Positions 1-10,555 of a stretch of DNA of 64,000 nucleotides are shown piece by piece. Within the stretch, counting starts at the first letter, position 1. Every line of letters starts with the position of its first letter. The position numbers were made by a program, and so were the translations under genes. The stretch comes from a virus (taxonomy: Duplodnaviria > Heunggongvirae > Uroviricota > Caudoviricetes). The notes beneath the pieces were generated by a model. It was not told the origin of the DNA and did not search any database. It saw only the letters and a list, made by a program, of their open reading frames with translations. Where the stretch lies: positions 1-64,000 of the IMG/VR virus record IMGVR_UViG_3300037424_000495; one strand, written 5' to 3'.

Positions 1-8
1 TAGACACT

Positions 9-344
9 GTGCGTGAGGGCAAGCAAGTCCCAATGGATGTGAAATTGGAATGTGTTTACGAACACATAACGCAAGGGACTGCGGAGCCGACCAGCCCGAT
101 GGATGCGCTGAAAGGCATCGGCGGGGCGGTTCATTGGGTAAGTGCATCGAGCGACAAGTGTGAACCGTATGCAATTGACATTATTGTAGTGCATACACCA
201 CCTTGTGGTACGTCGCAGATTGAAACTACGACGTTCCCTGATTTCCGTTCAGATTCGCGAGAAATCAACCTCAAAGATGCTTCAATTTCGGTGAGCGGCA
301 AATGCAAGGCCGTTGAGCCGATTGTCGAGCGATCTAGTAGTTAA
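9..344 (+). CDS. hypothetical protein, possibly 5'-truncated at the window edge (upstream of the tail module)
   Basis: ORF in track; no recognisable motifs; gene order only. Confidence 0.3.
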   Translation: MREGKQVPMDVKLECVYEHITQGTAEPTSPMDALKGIGGAVHWVSASSDKCEPYAIDIIVVHTPPCGTSQIETTTFPDFRSDSREINLKDASISVSGKCKAVEPIVERSSS

Positions 345-473
345 ACGACTCCCCGGCTTTAAAAGTCGGTTTGGCTGGTCTACAAGACTAGTTAATAAGG
401 GCATCGGTGCCGGCGTCAAAACCGGCACCGTTCTTTTCACATTTCTTTTATATTCCATGCGAGGGAATAAATC

Positions 474-1001
474 ATGAAAATTGCTGGCGTTGATCCTAAA
501 ACATTGTGTAACGAGACTATTTTGGTGCTACCCCGTGGCGAGGAGACTATGGTCTTTCGCGCGGCCGGTTTAAAAGACATGGATGAATTTAATACTCTGT
601 GCCCAGTACCAAAGCCACCTGGAAAATTAACGAAAGACGGCTGGGTGGCTAATGACAATGATCCTACATATCAACAGGTAGTTTCTGAGTGGGGACGGAA
701 ACGGCTTGGGTACATGATAACGCGCTCGTTGATTCCGAGTCAGATTGAGTGGGATACGGTGAAATATGAAGACCCCCGTACTTGGTCTAGTTGGGACACT
801 GACTTGAAGAATGGCGGTCTGACGCAAACGGAAGTTAACCGTGTGTTGGGGTTAGTGCTGGAAGCGAATGCACTTGACGAGAGTAAATTGCAGAAGGCCC
901 GCGAGGTTTTTCTTCGTGGTCAGGCTCCCATGCCCTCCGAGTTCTCTGGCCTAGTTTCCGCACAAGCGAATACTCCGTCTGGAGAGCCTGCGAACGCTTA
1001 G
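474..1001 (+). CDS. hypothetical protein; position suggests a tail assembly chaperone
   Basis: ATG preceded by GAGGGA RBS; lies two genes upstream of the tape measure gene. Confidence 0.45.
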   Translation: MKIAGVDPKTLCNETILVLPRGEETMVFRAAGLKDMDEFNTLCPVPKPPGKLTKDGWVANDNDPTYQQVVSEWGRKRLGYMITRSLIPSQIEWDTVKYEDPRTWSSWDTDLKNGGLTQTEVNRVLGLVLEANALDESKLQKAREVFLRGQAPMPSEFSGLVSAQANTPSGEPANA

Positions 1002-1165
1002 GCATCCGGCCTCCCGGCGTCAATGAATCTTGGGATGACTGCGGTCTTGAAACGCAAGCTCTTATTGTCGCTTACGATCAAACTCGAAGCTATGACGAGG
1101 AACGAGCGGGAAGCTCAATGCTTGGGGCAGGGACGCCCCTTGGCGCGGTTAAATCCTAAGTTTCA

Positions 1166-1699
1166 GTGATGACGGAGTCTGACATGCGAGTCAAGTATTC
1201 ATTCCGTAGTCCACGTATAGATGTGGAAGCTTATCGTAAAACATTGGATAAGCAAATGAAAGAAGCGTTAGCACAGGGCCTCATGGCTTGGCTCGATGCG
1301 GTATTAGTGGAAATCCCTGATTGGAGCGGTGCGTCGCGTGCGACATTTATTCAACTCGCTAGTTTGATAGGGCACAATGTGGATGCCGGTGGCGGGGCGG
1401 CTCCGTTTAATCGCGTCGGCGAAGGCATCTCCAACGGACAAGGTGAAATGACTACAGACCAAGCAAAGGGTCTCTATACGTTCACGTATGGAACAACATT
1501 ACCTTGGTTGGTTTGGAATGAATATCACAACGCAAATACTGATCCAGACCCGACTAAGTGGCCATCTCCATCCATACTTCATAAACCTGGTCCGTATCGT
1601 TTCCAGGATAAAGGCGCTAGAGCGTTTCAGAAAATAGCTGACTCTGTGCAACTACCAAAAGTCGCTCCGTTTATTAAATCTTCCCCTGTTCGCTCATAG
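1166..1699 (+). CDS. hypothetical protein immediately upstream of the tape measure gene (likely start ATG ~1184 after GGAG)
   Basis: ORF ends 8 nt before the TMP start; internal ATG with GGAG RBS at 6-nt spacing. Confidence 0.5.
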   Translation: MMTESDMRVKYSFRSPRIDVEAYRKTLDKQMKEALAQGLMAWLDAVLVEIPDWSGASRATFIQLASLIGHNVDAGGGAAPFNRVGEGISNGQGEMTTDQAKGLYTFTYGTTLPWLVWNEYHNANTDPDPTKWPSPSILHKPGPYRFQDKGARAFQKIADSVQLPKVAPFIKSSPVRS

Positions 1700-1707
1700 G
1701 TGTAGAC

Positions 1708-4700
1708 ATGGCTGACGAAGTAATCAATAAACTGGGCTTCAATGTTGATGAAGCGTTGGAGGCTTTGCAGCGCTTGGACACTGCGTTGCAAGGCGCTGGG
1801 TCAGCATTTAGTAAGTTTGGCACGACTCTTGATTCTTTTAATGATCGTGCGTCTGCGGCTTTGGCGACTATGCGAAGTTTAGCTTCCGCAGCTTCTCGTC
1901 TTTCCACGTCAATGCAAAGTGCTCCAGCTTCTACTGGGGCGACTGCTACCACTGCGCCTGCAACTAAACTTTGGTTGCCGTCTGGTGTCGAGTCGTCTGC
2001 GTCACAAGCAGCCCAAGCTATGGCCGCAGTAGGTACGGCTGCTCAGCAAGCTGGTCAGAAGGCAGCGGCGGGCATGAATAATGCTGCCAATGCTACGGCT
2101 GGCGTGAAGAAGCACGCGGATTCTTTAATTGTCAGTTGGAATACAATCGCGCGTGTTGTTATGACGCAAACGATTGTACGCGCGATGTCAATGATTCGAG
2201 ACGCCTTGAAGGACGCCGTTACAACGGCGGAAGATTTTCAAGTTCATTTAGCAGAAATTCGATCCATTGCACCGCGCATCGGTGCTGATTTGGCAAAAGG
2301 TGTCGCCGGTGCCGGTGAGTCATTGAAGTCGTTTCAAATTGAAGTCACAGAGTTTTCTAAAAGAGCTAATCTACCGTTGCCACAAGTTACTGAAGGTTTA
2401 TATCAGACTATATCTGATCAATTCACGTCTGTGACAGACCGCAGCAATGTGATGAATGCCGCGATGAAATTGTCCAAAGTCGGTGTCATGGATTTCCAAG
2501 ATGCTATCACGTTGTTGACGGGGACATTGAATGCTTATGGAAAGGGCAGTGCAGAGGCCGAGTCTTCGGCCGCGAAATTCTTTGAGACAATTCGTTTAGG
2601 GCATGTTCGCGGCAAAGAATTAGCTGACACGATGGGGCAAGCGATTCCAATTGCGGCTGAGTTAGGAGTCGGTCTAGATGAATTGAATGCTGCAATGGTT
2701 ACTATGACTATTGGAGGCATGGATGCACATAAATCAGTTACAGCTTTGCGCGGTGTTATGACAGCTTTTCTTAAGCCTTCTGAGGACATGAAGAAGGTAA
2801 TGAGGGAGATGGGCTTTTCGGACCCGGCGCAGTTGATCGCTGCAAAAGGTTTCGAGGGGGCGTTGAAAGCAATCGCAGAGCAAGCGGATGGTATGGGTTC
2901 GGAGATTGCTAAGTCGGTTCGCAATGTACGTGCTTTAACAGCGGAATTGCGTTTGACGAGCGAGGGCGGCGCACAGCAGTATGAGCAAGCTTTAAAGGCA
3001 ATGCGAACTGCTACGCCCGAGAATCTAGAACAGATTCTCAAAGAGTTCCGATCTACAGACGCCGAACGACTGACTTCACAAATTAACGCGCTTAAAGTGA
3101 ATTTAACGCAAGATTTTGGACAAGCTATCGTTGGCGTTTTGGCCAATATGATGGAAATGATGGGCGGTGCCGACAAAATGGCGTCTGCTATTACAGCTAT
3201 TGCAGCGGCCGCTATTCCGTGTGCGGTTGCGTTGGCTGGTCTCGCAGCCGCGTTCGCACTTGTGCATATTTCACTCGGACCAATTGGTATTGCAATGCTT
3301 GCTTTGACAGCGGGGCTTTCGCTAGCTGTAGGCACATACACTTATGTAACGATGTCTAACATTGCCAATATCCGCCAGGAAGCGGACGCACGACGACAGC
3401 TTACTTTACAAGTCTTACGTGAGGAAGATCAGAAGATTGCTAAGTGGAAGGAAACGGCTGAGGCACAAAATAAGACTCGGTTAAGTAGTCTGCAAACTGA
3501 TCTCGCTAGCTTACGTCGTGATTATTTTCGTGCTATGGATGATCTTAAGGTGAAGAATAATGAAGCCATCAATGGCGCGCGCCAAACGATGGAGTCAATG
3601 ATTCAAGCCCAAGAACGTGTCATAGCAGTTTATCGCAACGCAGCTAATGCAGCGGTGCGGGCAGTTCAAGAGTCACAACAGCGGCAAAAAACTTTGTTGG
3701 CTGACTACGCGGACACACGGTTCAAGTATGCACAGCAAGGATTGGATGCTGAACAGAAAGCTGAGAATTATCGACTTCGTGCGTTACAGCAAGCTCGCGT
3801 CGCTGCGAAAGAATTAGCAAATGCCAAGTCGCCGGACGAAATACAATCTGCGCTAGCAGCTTATCAACGCGCGGAAGCACAGATTCAAGAGGCAGAGAAT
3901 ATCGCAAAAAGTACGAATAATATCGTACTTCAACAAGATGCTGAGCGGGCTGTCTTGACAATAATGTTGCAAAAAGTTGATGCCGAGAAGAAGTTACAAC
4001 AGGTACAAGCAAAACAAGCGGCTGATCTCGCTAAAAAGGCGGCCGCCGAGCAGGCTCGCACGAACGAGATGAAGTCTTTGATGCCACAGATTCTCAAGGA
4101 TCTGCAGGCGTTCGATAAACAAGGGCCAAAGGATGATAAGTCGCTAGCTGAACAGGAAGCTCGCTTGAAGGCAAATGTCGCCCGTTTTGGGCAGTTGTTC
4201 TTAGGTGGGCAAAAGGTTGATATTTCAGATTTATTGTCGTTCGATCAGTTACAGCGCCGTGTGACAGTTGCTTTGGAAGGCGGCGTAGACCAAGTAAAGA
4301 TTAACAAGTTTCTTGCTGATCCCGGTGGTTTTTCTGATTTACGCCAACAGATTAAGGACGGCGTCGGTCCTGTTGAAATCTTCATCAAAGCGGCTGTTAA
4401 ATACGACCCTGCGTTAAAACAAGAACTTAAAGGTATGACTTCGGGCGAAGCGATGGATCACATCGCCAACAAGGCAACGCAGGCTGCTCAACGGACTGTA
4501 GATTTTACTATTGCGGAACAAAATTTAGATGCAGCCGAGAAAGGACTTAAAAATCTAGCCGCGAACGCTGCTAAGTCTTTGCAACAGTGGGCACAAAAGA
4601 CTGGTGATATGGATATAGGTATCACTGACGCCTTTCAACTTCTACTGGCACCAGATTCTCAATGGTCAAAAGGTGTCAAAGCTGCAACTACCGAATTCAA

Positions 4701-5460
4701 GAAGCAGTCTGCTAAATTCACACGAAAAGGTGCGAATGTTACAGATAAAGACTTCAAAGAATTGGAGGATGCTTACACTCGGTATACGGAATTAGTAAAA
4801 CCCTCTGCTGAGTCCAAAGAAGCTTATGAACAGTTTGTTAAGGATGCCAAATCTGTTTTGGAGCAGTCGCAGAAAGTCAAAGCCGCTAAGACGTTAGTCG
4901 ATGGTGCTCGTAGTAATGCGACCGAAGCTGGTCAACGACTTCCCGACATTGAAGCTGCAATGAAGGCTGCGAAAGAAGCTGCCGAGCAGACAAAACAGTC
5001 TACAGACGGGGCGAATCAAGGCGCACAAGTAACTAAGTCTGCACTAGGTGAAGTTGCGTCCTTAGATATGAGTGGATTAACTTCGCAAATCAGTAATGCA
5101 GCCATAGCAATGTGGGATTTAGCATCCGCGTCAATGTCGGTGCAAGCTCCATCTTACGGTGCTACAGCGCGATTCGGCGGAGAAATGCAACGGTACGCAG
5201 ACGGCGGTTCCGTGGGCACGGATGTCATACCGGCATTACTTTCGCCCGGCGAGTTTGTAATGACATCGACGGCAACACGGAAGTTTGCTTCACAGTTGTC
5301 GGCAATGAATGCCGGCATTCAACCTATCTTCCGCAATGAAGGTGGCAGCGTCACCAATATCGGTGATGTTGCGATCAATATCGATGGCAGTAAGAGTCCT
5401 GAATTAACTGGCAGGGCTGTTCATTCTGCCTTGAAAAGATTTACGCGCCGCGGCGCATAA
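1708..5460 (+). CDS. tail length tape measure protein
   Basis: 1250 aa; Ala/Gln-rich coiled-coil N-terminus; hydrophobic segment AIAAAAIPCAVALAGLAAAFALV; long helical repeats; follows two small chaperone-like genes and precedes distal tail genes. Confidence 0.85.
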   Translation: MADEVINKLGFNVDEALEALQRLDTALQGAGSAFSKFGTTLDSFNDRASAALATMRSLASAASRLSTSMQSAPASTGATATTAPATKLWLPSGVESSASQAAQAMAAVGTAAQQAGQKAAAGMNNAANATAGVKKHADSLIVSWNTIARVVMTQTIVRAMSMIRDALKDAVTTAEDFQVHLAEIRSIAPRIGADLAKGVAGAGESLKSFQIEVTEFSKRANLPLPQVTEGLYQTISDQFTSVTDRSNVMNAAMKLSKVGVMDFQDAITLLTGTLNAYGKGSAEAESSAAKFFETIRLGHVRGKELADTMGQAIPIAAELGVGLDELNAAMVTMTIGGMDAHKSVTALRGVMTAFLKPSEDMKKVMREMGFSDPAQLIAAKGFEGALKAIAEQADGMGSEIAKSVRNVRALTAELRLTSEGGAQQYEQALKAMRTATPENLEQILKEFRSTDAERLTSQINALKVNLTQDFGQAIVGVLANMMEMMGGADKMASAITAIAAAAIPCAVALAGLAAAFALVHISLGPIGIAMLALTAGLSLAVGTYTYVTMSNIANIRQEADARRQLTLQVLREEDQKIAKWKETAEAQNKTRLSSLQTDLASLRRDYFRAMDDLKVKNNEAINGARQTMESMIQAQERVIAVYRNAANAAVRAVQESQQRQKTLLADYADTRFKYAQQGLDAEQKAENYRLRALQQARVAAKELANAKSPDEIQSALAAYQRAEAQIQEAENIAKSTNNIVLQQDAERAVLTIMLQKVDAEKKLQQVQAKQAADLAKKAAAEQARTNEMKSLMPQILKDLQAFDKQGPKDDKSLAEQEARLKANVARFGQLFLGGQKVDISDLLSFDQLQRRVTVALEGGVDQVKINKFLADPGGFSDLRQQIKDGVGPVEIFIKAAVKYDPALKQELKGMTSGEAMDHIANKATQAAQRTVDFTIAEQNLDAAEKGLKNLAANAAKSLQQWAQKTGDMDIGITDAFQLLLAPDSQWSKGVKAATTEFKKQSAKFTRKGANVTDKDFKELEDAYTRYTELVKPSAESKEAYEQFVKDAKSVLEQSQKVKAAKTLVDGARSNATEAGQRLPDIEAAMKAAKEAAEQTKQSTDGANQGAQVTKSALGEVASLDMSGLTSQISNAAIAMWDLASASMSVQAPSYGATARFGGEMQRYADGGSVGTDVIPALLSPGEFVMTSTATRKFASQLSAMNAGIQPIFRNEGGSVTNIGDVAINIDGSKSPELTGRAVHSALKRFTRRGA

Positions 5461-5536
5461 GCTCTTTGTCAAATTGGTAGGGTCGTTGCTGACCCATCAT
5501 CTTAATAGTTTTGAAAAATTCAAAAGAGGAACATCA

Positions 5537-6118
5537 ATGAACGACACTATTCAATTTCAACAACGAGCGAATTGTGAGTTGATTCGCCCGATTCCACAAT
5601 CTGCTGACCAACTTCAGTGTCGCGGTCGCTTCCAAGTGGAGCACTGGCGGGATGGAAAACTGATTGGGACGCATAGCATCCGCAATGCTGTCACGAACGA
5701 GGGGAAAAATAAACTCTTGGACGTGATGTTTCACGGTGTGACAGCCATCGGTACTTGGTATGTGCTGCTGGTAGATGGAGCCGGAACGCCGACTTTGGCC
5801 GCAGGCGACACTTACGCACAGATCAACGGTACAAATGGCTGGGACGAGTTTACGACTTATACTGAGTCCACTCGTCAAGAATGGACTGAAGGGGCGGCAG
5901 CGTCGCAATCGATTACGAATGCCAGTCCACTTGTCTTTAATATAAGTGGCTCAGGCAGTGTTTATGGTCTTGGCGTTGTTGGCGGCGGTTCGACTCCGTC
6001 AACAAAGAATGATGCAGCCGGCGGTGGTTCGCTCTGGGCGGCTGCACAGTTTTCGAGTGGCACTGTTTCAGTGCTTAATGGAGACCAATTAAAGGTGACG
6101 TACACCGTCAACGCTTAA
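5537..6118 (+). CDS. tail structural protein (hypothetical)
   Basis: ATG after AAAGAGGA RBS; Gly/Ser-rich C-terminus; sits between TMP and fibre-like genes. Confidence 0.5.
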   Translation: MNDTIQFQQRANCELIRPIPQSADQLQCRGRFQVEHWRDGKLIGTHSIRNAVTNEGKNKLLDVMFHGVTAIGTWYVLLVDGAGTPTLAAGDTYAQINGTNGWDEFTTYTESTRQEWTEGAAASQSITNASPLVFNISGSGSVYGLGVVGGGSTPSTKNDAAGGGSLWAAAQFSSGTVSVLNGDQLKVTYTVNA

Positions 6119-6208
6119 CGTGTACTCCCTCGCCACGGCCGGATCAGGGAGGTAACTTCCTGGTTCGGCCGATTATTTTCTTATACTCAGCGTTTGTGGA
6201 GGTGTGTT

Positions 6209-7255
6209 ATGTTACTCTGGATCGAAGGCTTCGAGACATTTGGCACCGCCGCCGCTCAATGGGCGCAGGTTGCGACAAAATACTACACAGACCCGACGTA
6301 TTATTCAGGCGGCAGTTACTATAAGTTACGTGACGGCCGGTGGGGTGGATACTCATTGGAGTTGTGGGATAATAACATTTACATCACAACGCTTCCGCTT
6401 CCTACAACTGACCCGACAATGGTGGTTGGGTTCAATTTTTATAACACAGTTATTGTTGACGGGAACTACAACGGTCCCAGTGTTGCGTTTTGGGACGACA
6501 CTGCAATGCGATTGGCCGTAATTTTAACTATCACAGGGGAATTATCTGTTTATCGTGGTTCAACATTATTAGGGACGACCACGGGTGCGGGTATATCTGC
6601 CGCTCAATGGCATCATATTGAAATTAAAGTTTATTGCCACGCGACTGCTGGGACAGTTACCATTCGTGTGGATGAGGTTGAAAAGTTAGCCTTAACGAGT
6701 CAAAATACTAGGAACAGCGGTGACGCGCGTTTTAATCGAGTGCGTTTTCGTGGCATTACGAATACCACTAATTCACGCTTTGATGACGTGTATATTCTGG
6801 ACGCGACTAGCACAGTAAATAATAATTTTCTCGGCCGTAAGCGCGTGATAGCAATTTTTCCAAACGCAGCAGGAGATTTGACGCAGTGGACAGCTTCCAC
6901 AGGAACTAATTGGGATTGTGTGGATGAGCAAAATCCTAGTACAACTGACTACGTGCAAGCGGATACGTCTGGTTTAACAGATTTATACAATTTTAGCGCG
7001 GTGTCGGGTATTACAGGTGGCGTGTGTGGTGTCCAGATCAATGTGCTTGCTATCTCGACTCAAGATGGAGCACCGTGGAATGTTTATCTGCCTGTTAAAC
7101 CTCAAAGCGGCAGTGAGAATGATGGGTCAGCAATTCTTGTAGTATCTTCCACACATAAAATTAAATCTCGTTTACTAGAAACGAATCCAACAACAGGTGT
7201 TGCATGGACGACGGCCGATTTGGATAGTGCGCAATTTGGTCTCAAGTTGGTTTAA
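6209..7255 (+). CDS. tail fibre/receptor-binding-like protein, paralog A
   Basis: GGAGG RBS; N-terminus MLLWIEGFETFG and C-terminus AWT..DL..AQFGLKLV shared with the next gene; central region divergent. Confidence 0.6.
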   Translation: MLLWIEGFETFGTAAAQWAQVATKYYTDPTYYSGGSYYKLRDGRWGGYSLELWDNNIYITTLPLPTTDPTMVVGFNFYNTVIVDGNYNGPSVAFWDDTAMRLAVILTITGELSVYRGSTLLGTTTGAGISAAQWHHIEIKVYCHATAGTVTIRVDEVEKLALTSQNTRNSGDARFNRVRFRGITNTTNSRFDDVYILDATSTVNNNFLGRKRVIAIFPNAAGDLTQWTASTGTNWDCVDEQNPSTTDYVQADTSGLTDLYNFSAVSGITGGVCGVQINVLAISTQDGAPWNVYLPVKPQSGSENDGSAILVVSSTHKIKSRLLETNPTTGVAWTTADLDSAQFGLKLV

Positions 7256-7268
7256 GGTGAGGTTGATT

Positions 7269-8288
7269 ATGGCATTGCTTTGGATTGAAGGCTTTGAAGG
7301 TTTTGGAATAACCGTTGATTCGGCCCCGACACCGACGGGAGTCTATGCGCGTAAGTATACTGTGACAACAGAGAGTGGCTTTAGAGTTGTTACGGGCCGA
7401 CATGCTGGTTATGCTTTAAAATTTGTGACTTCGACTTGTATTCTAGCGTCGGGTTCTTTAACGACCGATGCTACAATGGTTGTTGGCTTAGCCTATAAAA
7501 CTGTCAATGGAACCAGTCACGGTCTTTTAGCATTTTACGATGGCGTGACGATGGGGATGAATCTTCGATGGGTTAGTGGTGGCAATCTTGCGGTTTATCG
7601 GGGTGGTACACAATTGGCAGTGACAGCCGGCCTTGGATTACAGGTTAATACTTGGTACTACTTGGAGTTTAAGGTAGTTTGCAACAGTACAACCGGTTCT
7701 TTTGAAGTTCGTGTTGACAGCGTTAATCAGTTATCGGCGACGGGTCAGAATACGAAGGCAGGTAGCCACGATTATCATACTGCTTTTTGGATTCAGAATG
7801 TGGCCGGCGAGAATCCAACGTATGACAATTTATATTGTTTGGACGGCAGTGGTTCGGTCAATGATTTTTTAGGGGTACAACATGTTGCGACGAGTTATCC
7901 TGATGGAGCAGGTGACTCAGCACAGTGGACACCGTCTGCGGGTGCAAATTATGCTACCATCGATGAAGAATCGGCTGACGATGATACAACCTACGTGGAA
8001 ACAGACACGAGTGGATATTTGGATTTATACACCTACGGTGATTTGACTGGAACCGGCGATATCAATGGCGTCCAGATCAATACGCAGGTTCGACGGACGA
8101 ATTCACTGGTGAGCAGAGATTTTTACCAATCTGCTAAGCGTGGAACAACAGAGAGCGATGGATCAGCGGTGACAGCGGCAGAAGATACGTTTACAACTAA
8201 AGTACGTATTATGGAAACTGACCCGACGGGGATAGCTTGGACGCCGACAAATTTTAATGGTACGCAATTTGGTGAAAAACTCGTGTAA
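7269..8288 (+). CDS. tail fibre/receptor-binding-like protein, paralog B
   Basis: AAGGTGAGG RBS; MALLWIEGFEGFG N-terminus and ...AWTPTNFNGTQFGEKLV C-terminus mirror paralog A. Confidence 0.6.
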   Translation: MALLWIEGFEGFGITVDSAPTPTGVYARKYTVTTESGFRVVTGRHAGYALKFVTSTCILASGSLTTDATMVVGLAYKTVNGTSHGLLAFYDGVTMGMNLRWVSGGNLAVYRGGTQLAVTAGLGLQVNTWYYLEFKVVCNSTTGSFEVRVDSVNQLSATGQNTKAGSHDYHTAFWIQNVAGENPTYDNLYCLDGSGSVNDFLGVQHVATSYPDGAGDSAQWTPSAGANYATIDEESADDDTTYVETDTSGYLDLYTYGDLTGTGDINGVQINTQVRRTNSLVSRDFYQSAKRGTTESDGSAVTAAEDTFTTKVRIMETDPTGIAWTPTNFNGTQFGEKLV

Positions 8289-8300
8289 CAAGGTGCAGCG

Positions 8301-10541
8301 ATGGACCCGATTCGCATTACACAGCAGTTAGTGTCGGCCTTGCAAGACCTCGTGACTAATCGCCGTGTGGCACAAGAGTCCGTGGAGATTGCAGGGGATG
8401 CACCGATAGGTGGTAATGCGCGCATATCGCAGCAGGCTATTGAAGTTTTAGCTGATCCTATCGGGATATTTACAGCCAATGTTACAGACTCGCTTTCATT
8501 GAGTCACCAGGCTAGACTGACGACAGTGATTGTGAATGGTGTGCATTCTTTGAGTGTTACACACCAAGCAACGCAGAATCTTGTTCGTGAGGCGTCAGCA
8601 TCTAGCAATATCTCCTTGACAGACATTGCTGAAGGCGGAAGAATTCTTTCGGGCGATGTTACAGATACGTTGACTTTGGCACATGTGGCAACTGTTACGG
8701 CAGTCAAAGTCATAGTTGATACGCTTTCACTGTCTGATTTGGCTTCAGGCGAAATTATCAAGCTAGCCAATCATACGTTGGTTATCACCCATGAAGCGAC
8801 GGTCTCGAATGTATTTGAGCGTTTAGCAGTAGATACTTTGACGCCGGTCGATGAGGCAATTACTGCTTACGCTAAACGACTCAATGCAATCAGCAGTCTA
8901 GAAATTGTTGATGTTGCGTCGGGTGAATGTATAAAACCTATTTCGCATACGTTAACGATATCGCATACGGCTCAATTAGAATTAGTTCGACGTAGCTCGG
9001 ATACAATTTCATTAAATGATACAGCTAGTGTGGTGACAGTTTATGCCCGATCTGTTACAGAAGAGACTGTGTCTTTAGGGCATCAAGCGGCGTTTCTCGG
9101 TGAATTTGGCCGAGTTACGTCAGATACATTGACACTTAATGAATTGGTGGCCGGGGATCATTGTCGCGTTGTTACTAGTGTATTGACATTGGATGACATA
9201 GCAAGTGTCGATCTAGTACGATTAGCATCTGATACTTTAAGTCTATCTCAGACAGTCGAGTCAAATTGGATATTGACACGACGCCGGGCCGAGTTGTTAA
9301 ACGTAACACATTCTGCGATTGCTACACTTGTTCACACGTATGTAGCAGATTCAACCATTGTGTTAACTCAGCAAGCTGTCGTTAGCGTTGCTAAAGTCGT
9401 GGCGGATACGCTAACATTGATGCAAGTTGCGACTGTGGATAACGTCCGACAAGCGTCTGATGAATTAACAATTACACAAGTAGCGAGTGCGTCCAATACT
9501 AGGTTGGCAGCCTACGATGATTTGATTGGTTTGAATCATGTAGCCATAGTGGGTTTTGTTAAACAAGTATCAGCCGCAAGCACCCTAAATATACGCGAGA
9601 AAGCACGCTCAGGAATTGAAATCGGGGTTGCATCAGATCAGCTACAAGAATTGCATTATAATTATGATCCAGTAACGGGTGAGTTGACACCTTATTACAT
9701 TGGATTGCAAGACCGGGCGGATGTAGCTGTAATTCGGTACGCACCTTATCCAGCTATTGACATTGTATCACTGTCTGATAAATCTCTCGGTGTTTTGCTT
9801 CACGCGGACGCAAAGCCAGGTGATGGAAGTGATACATTAAATTTATCGCACACGGCTGTGGGTGAACAGTGGCCCTTTTTCCGGGGCGGTCAACAAGCAG
9901 CTAATAATTTGATTGTGACTCAAACTGCCGACGTATTGTTGGTGCGTTTGGCAAGCCATACGTTAGCTTTAACGCAATCGGCAGTGGTTGCAATTGTTCA
10001 TGCGACTTTACCAATTGTCGATACCCTACAATTTAGACATTCAGTTGGCTTCGTTCTGATTTCAGCAGATGCTACTCATCAATATCATCCGTTTATCGGT
10101 GAAGGCGATGGATTAACACCTTCTGCAAATTGTCCGACGCCGGTGGCGGGTATCGGTGCATGTAGGTTATGTTATCCTGTCAGCCATCCGACTGAGTCTA
10201 TAATTTTACGTAGCCCAGAGTTCAGCAACAGAGATCGGTTGCAGATGAATCGTATTAGCCGCGAGACGCGAGGCGGCACATTGATTGTGTTTGCGGATGC
10301 AATCTGGCCGAAGATTCAGACTTTGGCTCTAACATTCAGTGGTTTAACACGCACGCAAGCACAAGAGTATTTGCTTTTTGTGAAGGAACATCTTGGCCTT
10401 GAAGTTGGTTTTGTAGATTGGGAGGGATTCTATTGGAAAGGAGTAATTATGAATCCGTCGGAGCCGGCAGTCCAGGACAGTAAATCTATTTTCACTGTCA
10501 GTTTTGAGTTTGAATGTGAAACTGCAACTTGGGAGCCGTAG
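8301..10541 (+). CDS. repeat-rich tail protein with ~25 copies of a ~20-aa repeat (xDTLTLxHxAxVxxVxxV)
   Basis: Periodic motifs DSLSLSHQA / DTLTLAHVATV / DTLSLSDLA / HTLVITHEATV seen in the translation; globular C-terminal domain. Confidence 0.6.
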   Translation: MDPIRITQQLVSALQDLVTNRRVAQESVEIAGDAPIGGNARISQQAIEVLADPIGIFTANVTDSLSLSHQARLTTVIVNGVHSLSVTHQATQNLVREASASSNISLTDIAEGGRILSGDVTDTLTLAHVATVTAVKVIVDTLSLSDLASGEIIKLANHTLVITHEATVSNVFERLAVDTLTPVDEAITAYAKRLNAISSLEIVDVASGECIKPISHTLTISHTAQLELVRRSSDTISLNDTASVVTVYARSVTEETVSLGHQAAFLGEFGRVTSDTLTLNELVAGDHCRVVTSVLTLDDIASVDLVRLASDTLSLSQTVESNWILTRRRAELLNVTHSAIATLVHTYVADSTIVLTQQAVVSVAKVVADTLTLMQVATVDNVRQASDELTITQVASASNTRLAAYDDLIGLNHVAIVGFVKQVSAASTLNIREKARSGIEIGVASDQLQELHYNYDPVTGELTPYYIGLQDRADVAVIRYAPYPAIDIVSLSDKSLGVLLHADAKPGDGSDTLNLSHTAVGEQWPFFRGGQQAANNLIVTQTADVLLVRLASHTLALTQSAVVAIVHATLPIVDTLQFRHSVGFVLISADATHQYHPFIGEGDGLTPSANCPTPVAGIGACRLCYPVSHPTESIILRSPEFSNRDRLQMNRISRETRGGTLIVFADAIWPKIQTLALTFSGLTRTQAQEYLLFVKEHLGLEVGFVDWEGFYWKGVIMNPSEPAVQDSKSIFTVSFEFECETATWEP

Positions 10542-10555
10542 CTGGAGGAATAAGC

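Noticed and set aside
940-1165. Programmed -1 frameshift extension of ORF 474-1001 (lambda G/GT-like) into the 55-codon open frame that follows
   Set aside because: The -1 frame is open for ~55 codons after the stop, but no X_XXY_YYZ slippery heptamer precedes the stop. The next gene starts after a gap, so the evidence is too weak.
2535-3341. 268-aa minus-strand ORF (and several shorter ones) inside the tape measure gene
   Set aside because: Fully antisense to a strongly supported 1250-aa gene. The Ala/Ser/Pro-rich translation is typical of antisense reading of an Ala/Gln-rich coiled-coil gene. No RBS.
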